Shown here in pieces: positions 51,007 to 64,000 of a stretch of 64,000 bases of DNA. Source of the stretch: Octopus sinensis (lineage: Eukaryota); assembly GCF_006345805.1 (NCBI RefSeq), contig NC_043006.1:56544001-56608000 (forward strand), given 5' to 3'. The translations under genes and the position numbers were made by a program. The notes under the pieces are model-generated. The model was not told the origin of the DNA. It made no database searches and saw nothing but the letters and a program-made list of their open reading frames with translations. Each line of letters opens with the position of its first letter. Position 1 is the stretch's first letter.

Positions 51007-51682
51007 AGATCTACACAAGGTTTCGCACCCTCAACGCTAAAGCTTTATGGACAGCCCGTCGGACATTATATGAATACAAAATTCTAAAATATCTACGTGG
51101 CAGACGTGAGGAAACGCTCAAAACTCGAGACATACGATAAAACGTTAATGAGCACGGGTTATTTCCCATTAAACAGAGAGGAAAATATCCTTATATACTC
51201 GAAAAGGCCTAATGAGCAAACGGTAAGATCCAATTTTCTAATAAGTAGCGCTTGAAGTGGATACATTTAGAAAATACTTCTTTACGGTTATTTAATGCGC
51301 CTGATTTCTTAAAATCCTAAAGAATTATGACTCTGTCTGGTCTGTATCGTGATGAGAGCCAAAATTACTAAGGATCTTAAGAAGCCTGGCGCATTAAACA
51401 ATCGTAAAAGAGTATTTTCTAAATGTTTCCACTTCAAGCGCTACTCTCTAGAAAATTGGGTCTCCCCGTTTGATCATTAGGCCTCTCCGAGTATATAAAG
51501 GATATTTTCCCCTCTATTTAAGGGGAAATAACCAGTCCTCGTTAAGATTTTTTTCGTATGCCTCGAGTTCTGAGCGTTTCATCACGTCTGCGACGCAGAT
51601 ATTTTAGAATTTTGCATTTATATAGTCTGACAAGCTGTCCATAAGGCTTTAGCTTTGTGGGTGCGAAACCTTGGGTAACTCT
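51007..51682. mobile_element. Foldback/MITE with ~310-bp imperfect arms
   Basis: caaggtttcgcaccc...ttcttaaaatcct vs aggatcttaagaa...gggtgcgaaaccttg; ~50-bp loop. Confidence 0.85.
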
Positions 51683-51798
51683 GAATGAAATTTTGCTGTA
51701 ATAATTACTGCTCTGTATTTATAGAATGTGCTTCTTTCTTATGTATGTTTTTTCATTAATTGACAATATGTGTGGTGGGTGGGGGGTGCGTGCGTGTC

Positions 51799-51859
<61 letters not shown>

Positions 51860-51860
51860 T

Positions 51861-51928
<68 letters not shown>

Positions 51929-54160
51929 TGTTTCTTTATTAGCCACACAGGGCTGCACACAGATAGAACAAATTACAAGGTAGAGCTTTTCTTTTGAAGG
52001 TATTAAAAAAAAAAAAAAAAAAAAAAAAGGGAAGGGGGAGGTTCGATCAAAAGGGATCGTAAAAGGAGAGAAAGAGGACAAAAATAAGGGGGGTTAAAAA
52101 AAAAAAAAAAAAAGGGGGGAGAGGAAAAAAAAATGATCAATAGGGATCGTTATCACAGAAATGTCAATATGAAGTGTAAAGGGGAGGACAGGTGAGGTTT
52201 ACCCGTGGAAAGAAAAGCCTGCGGAAAAGACCACGGTAACCTCGGTCAATGAAGTCACATTTTATATTTCTTTTTTTTTTTTTTTTTTTTGCAAATAAGC
52301 AACTCTCTGTTTTCGATTTCTGGGTTCATAGGACTATGCTCAAGGTGGCTTCGTCATTCATACGTGCCATTCTTGCTACATTCACCCATCTTTTTTTAAA
52401 ACATTCGCTAGACAAAACTTGCCTCTCTACTCTCACTTTCCTTTTCAAGTGGTACTTGAAGAAGTTGATGAGAGATTGACCAGAGAGGAAAGTGTTTGTC
52501 TCCAATCCTTTCAGACGCGTCCACCAGATACATTCTTTCGCCATAGCCACAAGGATGATGAAAATAGCTCTTCCTTCCCGTTTGAAGGAAGGAGGCGTGA
52601 CAATATTGACGATAGACTCAGCTGATAAACCGACTCGTCCCACACGTGACAGCAGTTGTTCGACATAAGCCCACAGGTCGGAAATTGTTGGACACTGAAC
52701 GAGTGCGTGCAGAACGGTTTCGTCGCTCTGACCGCATCTCGGGCAGGTCGGCCCCGTGTTTCTCGAGCCGTGTCTGTAGAGCTTATCCCGAACGGGTAGC
52801 GCTTCTCGGTAGCACTGCCAGGCCAGGGATCTCTGGAAGTTGTCCATGGGCCCTGGCCCGAAAGTCGTCCCGAACAGGCGGGTCAGGTACTCCTCGTCGA
52901 CGTCCAGGTTCGCCCCGAGCTCGTCGTCGTACCTCCCCTCCACTAACCCCTATAGAATGCTTTGGTTGTGTTGAAGTCACTTAAGGTCGACCCAGGACGG
53001 CAGAGTTGCTTGAGAGCAACGCGACACTCGCGGTGCCATTCGCCCTTCCTCGGCCTCTTTTTGATCCACGACTGCAGTTCGGTCATGGAGACGAGCTGCG
53101 GGAAAGCGTGCCTCACAAACGGCGACCACACCTGTTCACCGTCGTCTACATAGAGCCAGAGATGTCGCAGTCTCAGCGCGTGTCTGCGCATCATCAACCA
53201 CGGCATGCCCAGCCCTCCTTTTAACGGGTGTTGACAGCAAATGGATCGCCTGACCATCGGGACGCATCCTTTCCACAAGAAGCGAAAGAGGATGCGTTGT
53301 AGTTTGGTGATGGTAGGGTCGGGACAAGGTACGACGGTCAGGCGGTAGTAGATGACGGACGCGATGTACGTGTTCGCCACCTCCGCTCGACCTTTTAGGG
53401 ACAGTTTCCTCTCGGCCCATTGCCGGGCGAGAGTGACCACCCTACTCGTTATCTCGTTCCAGTTCTTCTCCACTTGGAGGTCCGGACCAAACCAGACCCC
53501 GAGCAACTCAACCGGGCCGTCGGTCCAGCGTCCCACGACGGAGGCGCTGGTGGACGGCATGGGCTTGCTTCTCCAGGTGCCTAGTCGCAAGCCCACTGAC
53601 TTTTCCCGGTTGATTTTCGCTCCTGTCACCGCTTCGTAGTTTTTCAGTGTCTCGCCGACCAGCTCGATGTGCTCGTGGCTAGACACTATGACGGTGACGT
53701 CGTCCGCGTATGCAGACACGCTCGTCCCGCATCCCAATTCTCGCGGGATGCCCCTTAGAGTCGCCAGCTTCCGCAGTAGTGGCTCAAGAGTCAATACGTA
53801 TAGAAGCGCCGAGAGGGGGCATCCCTGACGGACCGAACGTGCAATGTCGAAAGGTCTCGATAGATGTCCATTTACGCGAATTACCGAACGGATGCCTCTG
53901 TACAAGGCAGCTATCCAGCCGCGGAAGACGGGACCGAAACCAGCCGCTCTCAGGACTGCCTCCAAGTATCGATGGTCTACCCTATCAAAGGCTTTTGATT
54001 GATCCAAGTTGATCAGGGCCCCACCCATGCCAGGTTCGTTAACTACCCTGTCTATGATGTAGCGCATCAGATGGAGGTTGTCATGGATGGTCCGGCCTGG
54101 CACGGCGCATGTTTGCGCCTTGTCGACCAGTTTCTCGATGACAAGCGCCAACCTCTTGGC
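51929..54160 (-). mobile_element. Tx1-clade (L1-like) LINE, 5'-truncated, RT + C-terminal zinc finger
   Basis: LDQSKAFDRVDH, RQGCPLSALLY, YADDVT in ORF 52943-54151; CPRC...H...C in ORF 52326-52943; AATAAA near the 3' end; (GATA)n on both flanks. Confidence 0.96.
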
Positions 54161-54424
54161 TAGATAGATAGATAGATAGATAGATATTTCAAAGGACCAG
54201 CCTTGTTACACACTGTGCCATACTGAATCGCCCTGAGAACTACGTTAAAGGTACACGTGTCTGTGGAGTGCTCCCCGTAACTTATCCGTTTGACAAAAGA
54301 GACTGATAGAATAAGCATCAGGCTTATAAATAATAAGTCCAGGGGATGATTTCGTCGACTAGTAGGCGGTGTTCCAGCATAGCCACAGTCAAAATGATTG
54401 AAACAATGAAAAGAATAAAAGAAC

Positions 54425-54459
<35 letters not shown>

Positions 54460-54660
54460 CAACTTATAAATAAGGGCAAACGAAAAAATTTCTAATGCCA
54501 AATATGCCGAAATTAGACACCTTGTCCATAACCATATAATTTTTCACAATACGCACGCTACTCAAAAAAGGTCGACGTTTTTTGAGTAGCGTGTGTATTG
54601 TGAAAAATTTCGGCATATTTGGCATTAGAAATTTTTTCGCTTGCCCTTGTTTATAAGTTG
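54460..54660. repeat. Nested palindromic MITE-like element
   Basis: Outer ~55-bp arms caacttataaataagggc.../...gcccttgtttataagttg; inner ~30-bp near-perfect palindrome around ggtcgacg. Confidence 0.85.
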
Positions 54661-54744
54661 TTTATAAATTTAACCTTTAAAGGTATTTTTTAATATGCTG
54701 ACCATTGATAAAATTTTTTTTAAGAAAAAAATTTTATCCTACAT

Positions 54745-54831
<87 letters not shown>

Positions 54832-55620
54832 TTTCCAGTTCAGCTCTTGAGCTGTGGCCATGCTGAAGCACCGCGACATATTATATATATATATATATAT
54901 TATATATATATATACATATATATATATATAAACAACCAGTGGTACATGTCATATGACGTGGAAATCGGGAACATACTTTGGCTGCCATAAGTAATATTAG
55001 GAAATGTGTCATTAATACAGTAATTTTAACTTTCTTGCCTTCTTTTTCTTTCTGTGCTGATGTCCATTGCTTTTCTGGCATAGTTTCTTCCATTTTGTAG
55101 TTTCATGGACCATTTAACTGAAAAACTTTAAACACCTTTACACATGCTCAAGTGAGTAACGTTTACTTCATTCGATGATATGGCTCAAGAACCGTAAGCA
55201 TGATGTACTATCTTAAATCTGTTTAGATTGTTTATTGTTAACAAAACAGTAATTCTTTTCAACTGAAGAGAAAAACAAATTTTGCAAACAGGATAAAATG
55301 TTTATTGATGATTTTTTTGTTTTTTTTTGCGCTTTTGTTTAATACAAGACAGCTGAAACATTTACATACTATAACTATACATCGGCTGACCTAAATCACG
55401 TGACTCTTACACACACACACACACACACGCTTCTGTAATCGGCTCTGAAAGAATCACAGAGAAAAATTCTGGAATCTTGGAGTGTTTGTAAAATATTCTA
55501 TAAACGATAATTAAATCAGCTAAAGTCATCTTAGTGACCAGATGTGTAATCCCGAAATATCTTACAAAAGTCAAAGTTCACTTTCGTGCAGTACAAGTTT
55601 ATATATATATATATACATTA

Positions 55621-55830
55621 ACTTTTATATGTTTCAGTCATTTGGGGGGGGGGCAGGCTGGAGCACCGCTTTAAAGGATTTTAATCGAAGAAATCTACCC
55701 CAGGAGTTATTCTTTGTAAGGCTAATACTTATTTTAACGCTATCTTTTGAGGATCCGCTAAGTTACAGGGATATAAACACACCAACATTGGTTGTTAAGC
55801 GATGGTGGGGGACAAATACAGACACAAATA
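55621..55830 (-). mobile_element. SINE family A tail, diverged
   Basis: gtttcagtca...gctggagcaccgc...gctaagttac...acaaacacagac-like. Confidence 0.7.
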
Positions 55831-55892
55831 CACATACACACATAAACACACGCACTCACACACACACGCGCACACACACACACACACATACG

Positions 55893-55966
<74 letters not shown>

Positions 55967-55978
55967 ATATATGGTATA

Positions 55979-56293
55979 CGGACGAGATGCCGACTGCACT
56001 TTTGCCGAGGGACAAGAGGCCGAAGAAAAAAAAGTCGAACGGATACTATGCCGAACGGGCATAAAACCGAACGGACAAGATGCCGAAAAGACATACAAAA
56101 ATTAAAATTTAATCTCGTAAAATCTTAAGTGCCATATAGGTGAATTTGTCATCAAACGATGTAGGTAGGAATTTTTATTATTATTATTATTATTGTGTTG
56201 TTTCGGCTTTATGTCCGTTCGGCAATGTTTCCGTTCAACTTGTTGGCTTCGGCATCTTATCCTTTGGTAAAAGTGAATTCGATATCCTGTCCG
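55979..56293. mobile_element. MITE with imperfect TIRs and gccgaa sub-repeats
   Basis: cggacgagatgccga...acttttgccg vs ggtaaaagtg...atcctgtccg. Confidence 0.65.
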
Positions 56294-57035
56294 CGCACGA
56301 AAAAGCTGTACTTTCTCTAAAGCGGATAACGTAAATATACGCCGAACGTTGTCACGTACTGGATGCTGATCTGAATCGGCGTAATTTACCGTTGCCGCGC
56401 TCAGGCAACCGAATGAATCACCGCCGTAAACTGGTTAAAGCGGTTGATGTAAATATATATATCGAACCACTGTCGTACGCTAATTGCTGAGCTCAGTCGA
56501 GATGATTGCCGTCAATGCAATTTAGTTGCTTGATAAAAAAAAAAAACCGTTGTCATGGTGTCAAAAAATGTGTGTAGCTGTGTGGTAAGAAATTTGCTTC
56601 CCATCCACATGGTTCCCTATTCAGATCCACTGTGTGGCACCTAGGGCAAGTGTCTTCAGTAGACAAAAACTGAAACAGCTCGTTAGAGGCCTGCAAAACT
56701 TTAAGTCGCATGGAACCGAATCAAACTGTTTTAAATGTGTGTGTGTGCACTCATTTATTTATTTATTCGCGCGCGCGCACGCAGCTGATATACACAACTG
56801 ACACACACATCCACATACTCGCAATCATATATATACACGCCCTAGCAAACATACACGTACGTACCAACGTGTTGATGTCATCAGCTCTTGCCCACACTAT
56901 ACCCGCCACGCATAAAAGGTAAACAGGAATAGGCATCAGTAACTCACATCAATGCACTTCGATGTCTTTCGCCAAACTGTTAAATAAAACAATACCACTT
57001 GAGATAAATTCGTATAGCAATATGCTTATACGATA

Positions 57036-57200
57036 AGGAGGCGAGCTGGCAGAAACGTTAGCACGCCGGGCGAAATGCGTCGCCGTATTTCGTCTGCCAT
57101 TACGTTCTGAGTTCAAATTCCACCAAGGTCGACTTTGCCTTTCATTCTTTCGATGTCGATAAATTAAGTATTAGTTACGCACTGAGGTCGTTATAATCGT
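57036..57200 (+). mobile_element. SINE family B
   Basis: ggaggcgagctggcagaaacgttagcacgccgggcgaaatg... Confidence 0.85.
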
Positions 57201-58096
57201 CTTTCTCTTTTCTGTTATTTTATTTTTTATGTTGAGTACCTCCCTTTTGTAGTAAAGCAAGCATAATTTAATATTCTTAACCGTTGTTCCAAGATGCTTT
57301 ATTTGACAACTATTATTCCCAATTTGTAATCACTTATAATTTTATTAAAGCATATTCTATCGGCTCCTCTGGATGGCGACACTCTCCTAAATCCATAAGC
57401 ACCACTTCTAACGATAGACATGCAAAAGATCGAAGAGAATATTATCAAATTCAGACTATATATGTTTAGTTAATTAGATATTCATTGTGGTTTGCAATGA
57501 AATTGCGAAGATATAAGATTTCATTTTCACGATACAGCTGTAATTTGAAATTCTAAAGCCATACTGCTGGCATAGATTGCTACTACGCGTGTTAACTTTG
57601 TCTTCAGTGGAAATTCTTTCAAAGCTCTGCTTTATTCAAAGTGTTAATCACATTATCTTGCCTTTACAAAATTAATAGCACATTAGAGTTAGATTTCATA
57701 TCTTTAAAATAAAGCGATGCAGTAATAACTTCAACATTGGAAGAAGAATAAAGGAATAGACATAACCATGTAAAGAAACCTAATGTTCCTCCACAGTTTC
57801 ATTAATCAAGTCTTTTTTCCCTTGTCTTTTACTTCTATTATTGTCAATTAAAGTTGAGTTGTCTCATCTTACATTTGATGTGGCACAGGAGCTCCTTGCT
57901 GCCCTCTGTCGTTGATTAAAACTTTCACTTATTAATTAAACTACACACATCTTACTGCTACCGTCTCCGTTGAAATGATATTCTCTAAATACTTGCAAGA
58001 GCGTTGAGATTAATGTATCTGTTCATTATCGTTTATACACACACACACATACACACACATATGTATGTATGGATGAATGGATGTATGGATGTATGG

Positions 58097-58166
<70 letters not shown>

Positions 58167-58191
58167 AAGAGAGAGAGATAGACAGTCAGAG

Positions 58192-58240
<49 letters not shown>

Positions 58241-58241
<1 letters not shown>

Positions 58242-58899
58242 GTTTCTTTATTGGCCACACAGGGCTGCACACAGATGGGACAAGTTACAAGGTAGAGCTT
58301 TTCTTTTGGGGGATGAAGAGAACAAAAAACAAAAGAAAAAAAAGGGGGTGGCGTAGGTTTTTGATCAAGAGGGATCGTAAAAGGGAAGAAAAGAACAAAA
58401 AAAAATTGAATAAAATAAAAAGAATAAAAAGAAAAAAAAAAGAAAAGGAAAAGGAACAAAAGGAAAGAGAAATGAAAAAAGAAGAAAAAAGGGGAAAAAA
58501 AGGGAAGAGGAAAAAAAAGAACGATCAATAGGGATCGTGTATCACAGTGTTATGATATATGGTGTAAAGGGGGAAGCAAGTAAGGTTTATCCGTGGGAAG
58601 AAAAGCCTACGAAAAAGACCACGGTAACCTTGGTCAATATTGTTATATGTTACCACATTTGTTCGCAAGTGGGTAACCCTCTGTTTTCAATTTCTGGGTT
58701 CATAGGATTATGCTCAAGGTGGCTTCGTCATTCATACGTGCCATCCTTGCTACATTCACCCATCTTTTTTTAAAACATTCGCTAGACAAAACTTGCCTCT
58801 CTACTCTCGCTTTCCTTTTCAAGTGGTACTTGGAGAAGTTGATGAGAGATTGACCAGAGAGGAAAGTGTTTGTCTCCAATCCTTTCAGACGCGTCCACC

Positions 58900-58900
<1 letters not shown>
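58241..58900 (-). mobile_element. Tx1 LINE 3' fragment (diverged 3' UTR variant)
   Basis: [19 protein letters not shown]...; flanked by (GATA)n. Confidence 0.93.
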
Positions 58901-58984
<84 letters not shown>

Positions 58985-59011
58985 CAGACAGGCAGGCAGA
59001 CAGACAGACAT

Positions 59012-59091
<80 letters not shown>

Positions 59092-59153
59092 GCAGGCAGA
59101 CAGGCAGACAGACAGACAGACAGACAGACACACAGACACACAGACAGACAGAC

Positions 59154-59220
<67 letters not shown>

Positions 59221-59241
59221 CAGACAGGCAGACAGACACAC

Positions 59242-60308
<1,067 letters not shown>

Positions 60309-61260
60309 GTTCTTTATGTTGCCTGTCTCGTTTCGCTATTTGTTTGTTTCGTTGTTCGAAAAAAAGAACGTTGTCTATGTTTTTGTTTTTTATATTCTCG
60401 TTTCTCATTTTGTTGACTTTTTTATATCATGTACCCATATATGCATGTATATATACATATATATGTAGGTATGTACATATATGTATATATGCATATATTT
60501 ATATACTATTTATATTAATATATGTTCGAACACCACGCATCCATCTTCATGTGAGTTTTATCTTTATAATTCTGATGCGCACTCTATCCCTCTCTATTCT
60601 TTCTATGTATCTCCCTCTCTTGTTCTTCTTCCTTTCTGTTTTTCTCTCCTACCCTTTTCTTATTCTTCTCCTCTCCCCGTCACCGTTCCTTCTCTCTCTC
60701 TCTCTCTCTCTCACTCTTCCTCCTTGACTCTCTCGTTGCTCACACATGAACAACGGCTATCCATCTTTCTTTCTTCCACCTCCTTCCTAAAGACAAGACG
60801 TGCTTTTGCCTGTCTATTCTCAAAACTCGTTTTTCTAGCGTTCATCAGCCCTCACCGTTTGTTTTACAGTTTTGTTCTCTCTGTCCTGTTTTTGTTACCA
60901 CTTTAACCCTCCGCAAAAAATCCCAACATTTTATTTAATTTGCTTTGCAGGAAGGACTGTTTTAACGAAGACGCGTCTTGTCCTTACCTTCGAAACGAAG
61001 AATAGATAAAACCCAGGACAACTGATGAAGGGAATGTTCTTTATGTTGCCTGTCTCGTTTCTCTATATGTTTCTTTCGTTGTTTGAAAAAAAGTTCGTTT
61101 TCTATGTCTTTATTTTCATGTTCGTGTTTCTCATTTTGTTGACGTTTTTTTATGTCCTGTATCCATATATGCATGTATATATACATAGATATGTAGGTAT
61201 GTACATATATGTATGCATATATGCATATATTTATATATTATTTGTATGTATATATATATA
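60309..61260 (+). mobile_element. Non-coding element with ~210-bp terminal direct repeats
   Basis: gttctttatgttgcctgtctcgtttc at 60309 and 61036; the caactgatgaaggg motif is shared with the 13815-14340 repeat. Confidence 0.75.
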
Positions 61261-61295
61261 TTGGGAGGGAAAGAGAGAGAGAGAGAGAGAGAGAT

Positions 61296-61597
61296 CAGTA
61301 GTTCTCAACCAGTTTTTACCTATGGACTCACTTCATTAGTATTGTATTCTGGTGGACCATAGACATTCGATGATTAGATACTAATTTGAAAGATTTTTCT
61401 TTCAAAATTCCTATTTTGTCATTCACACATTAACTTGTGTAAAATGTTAGAGAAAGAAACCTAGCTATTTCTTGTAATACGTACATTTATATCAAAACGT
61501 TTCATGGACTCTTAAAATACTACTATGTATCCAAAATTTACTATTTTGCTTGCGTGGACCCCAAAAACCATATATGAACCCCGGTTGAGAACCACTG
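61296..61597. mobile_element. hAT-type MITE
   Basis: TIRs cagtagttctcaacc / ggttgagaaccactg; 8-bp flanks agagagat / atatagat (6/8 match). Confidence 0.8.
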
Positions 61598-62695
61598 ATA
61601 TAGATAAATATAGGGGTGAACTTGCAGAAATGTAAGAGCATCGGACAAAATGCTCTGCGGTAATTTATTCGTCTTTACTTTCTGAGCTCAAATTCCGCCG
61701 AGGTCAACTTTGCCTCTTATCATTTCGAGGTTACTATTCCTACATCACTTGATTTCATCTCCAAAATAACAGTCTCTCTATTCGGCGTTTTCATTTGCTT
61801 TACTAAAGCCATCATATGAGCCCCTACGTGTTTCCTGATACGCTAGAATTAGCAGTCAAATCTCTCTCATATCACACCCCACTATCTTGAAAAATGAGAA
61901 GACACCTGTATTATCCTTAAAAAGTAAGATGGTTACGGCTGAAACGCTGAGTTCAGCTAGGGGTAAAATAAAAACATAAGTCTTGTAATTAAAGTGCAAA
62001 TATCAATTAAGAATATTCGTCCGGAATACTCAACTGTGAAGTGTAAGAGATATCCTCATTATACAAATATATCGTCCCTTCTGTTTAATTATCCGAACGA
62101 TCTGAGGAGGATGAAAGACAAAGTTGGCTTACACAGGGTTTGAACTCAGAACATAAAGGGTTGGAACTAAAAACTGCAAAGCATTTTGTTCGCCATCTTA
62201 ACGAATTCTGCTAATATGGGGTCGTTAGATATGCTAGAGACACCAACAAGCCACTCCTTTAATTCATATTGTTAAAAAAGGACACATTTGATGATGAAGT
62301 CCTAGATATACTATCTCTGTATGATGAACATAGCTAGAATGTCTCTGACTATATGTCAGTTCAATAAAGGCTAACAGGAAACTGAACAAGTGACGTGGGG
62401 CTAAACAATGGCTTTCTGGAATTCATTTAGCCACTGAATTCAAACAAGACTTTGTCATTCATCTGTTACAAGTCAAAATGGCAGACACTACCAAATGAGC
62501 CACATTAAAAATAAAAGCCAAGTTTGTGCTTATTAGGGTCCATTGCATAGAAAGAAAAGTTGCGGTATTTTAGCGGAACGGTAAAAGGACAGTTATGAAA
62601 ATCATTAATTTCTAAAGATCATTAATAAAGCAATAGTTCTTCAAGGCAGACTGTTTTCGACATGAAATTTCCCGTGCTAATATCCTATTCTTCAA

Positions 62696-63277
62696 AGGTG
62701 GCGAGCTAGTAGAATCGTTAGCACGCCGGGCGAAATTCGTCTGCCGCTTCGTTCTGAGTTCAAATTCCGCAAAGGTCCACTTTGCCTTTCATTCTTTCAG
62801 GGTCGATTAAATAAGTACCAGTTACGCGCTGAGGTCGATATAATCGACTTGATCCGTTTGTCTGTCCTTGTTTGTCCTCTCTGTGTTTAGCCCCTTGTGG
62901 GTAGTAAAGAAATAGGTATTTCGTCTGCCGTTACGTTCTGAGTTCAAATTCCGCCGAGGTCGACTTTACCTTCATCCTTTCGGGGTCGATGAATTAAGTA
63001 CCAGTTACACACTGGGGTTGATGTAATCGACTTAATCTCTTTGTTTGTCCTTGTTTGTCCCCTCTATGTTTAGCCCCTTGCGGGCAATAAAGAAATAAGA
63101 ATCGTTAGCACGCCGGCGATATTTCGTACATCTTTGCGTCATGAGTTCAAATTACACCAAGGTCAACTTTGCTTTTCATCTTTTCGGTTCTATAATATTA
63201 AGTACCAGTTGAGCACTGGGGCCAATATAATCGACTTATTCTCCGAACTTGCTGGCCTTGTGCCAAAATTTGAAACC
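62696..63277 (+). mobile_element. Chain of family B SINE modules
   Basis: Three reiterations of gagttcaaatt...gtcgactttgcctttcat...aagtaccagtt. Confidence 0.85.
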
Positions 63278-63664
63278 AGTATCTTATGCTCATAAAGAAA
63301 CACTCACCTGAATCGTGGAATATTGAATGAGAATAAATATAATTAGCTGTGGCTTTATAAATAGATGTATGGATAATATAACACTGATTGACGAGTTGTC
63401 AAGTATACGGAGTCCATGGGGATATTAAATTTCACTTTTATTGAAAGATATAGGAAACGAATATGTAGAAGTAAACTGCATGTCCTTAAATCAAACACCT
63501 TCTCAATTATTATTCTACAGTTGATATGTTCATAAGTTGAAAGCAAAGCTAAAAGCAACAGATAAACTTGTGCGGGTTTCTCATTAATAAAACCTTGCTG
63601 TCCTTCTGTTTGTAGTTATACAAGCTGCGCTGACAATCCTGAAATCCACATCCACGGCAACTGT

Positions 63665-63834
63665 TTCTTCTTCTTCTTCTTCTTCTTCTTCTTCTTCTTC
63701 TTCTTCTTCTTCTTCTTCTTCTTCTTCTTCTTCTTCTTCTTCTTCTTCTTCTTCTTTTCTTCTTCTTCTTCTTCTTCTTCTTCTTCTTCTTCTTCTTCTT
63801 CTTCTTCTTCTTCTTCTTCTTCTTCTTCTTCTTC
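63665..63834. repeat. (TTC)n microsatellite followed by mixed trinucleotide tract
   Basis: Directly visible; explains the poly-K/R/E ORFs. Confidence 0.97.
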
Positions 63835-64000
63835 TCCTTCGTCGTTGTCTTCGTTATCACCATCATCATAACCACCGCCATCTTCATTACCACCACCACC
63901 ATCACCAACACTACCATCATCATCAACAACAACAACAACAACAACACCAACATCAGCACCACCAATAACAACCACTAACACGAACATCAATAACAATCTC

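Noticed and set aside
52646-54012. Plus-strand ORFs overlapping the Tx1 element
   Set aside because: Antisense shadows of a GC-rich RT coding region
63549-63996. Poly-K/R/E ORFs
   Set aside because: Translation of (GAA)n and mixed trinucleotide repeats; no splice or domain support

Overview
Repeat-dominated eukaryotic genomic DNA, most likely an octopus (inferred from recognisable cephalopod tRNA-derived SINE families and very dense TA/TG/GATA/AAT microsatellites). No complete host gene is recognisable; there are only low-confidence exon candidates, the best being a phase-compatible plus-strand chain at 29.8-34.7 kb. Most six-frame ORFs are microsatellite artefacts. The real coding remnants are transposons: Tc1 and mariner transposases, three Penelope-like elements (PLEs; RT and/or GIY-YIG), a CR1-like LINE 3' end, a CRE-like fragment, two R4/Dong-like fragments and three Tx1-clade L1-like LINE copies. 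Four things stand out. (1) An ORF-less ~357-bp tandem array at 39.9-41.2 kb in which every unit carries a type I hammerhead ribozyme with a compensated U3:A8 core (UUGAAAA), i.e. a retrozyme-like or pLTR array predicted to release ~357-nt monomers. (2) About a dozen hammerhead motifs from at least six unrelated repeat families, on both strands. (3) Apparent microsatellite-specific targeting: every Tx1 copy is bounded on both sides by (TATC)n and both R4/Dong fragments by (CATA)n. (4) Many long inverted repeats. Frequent 1-bp homopolymer deletions suggest long-read consensus errors, so frameshifts and tandem duplications need read-level checks. All coordinates were counted by eye and element ends are approximate.
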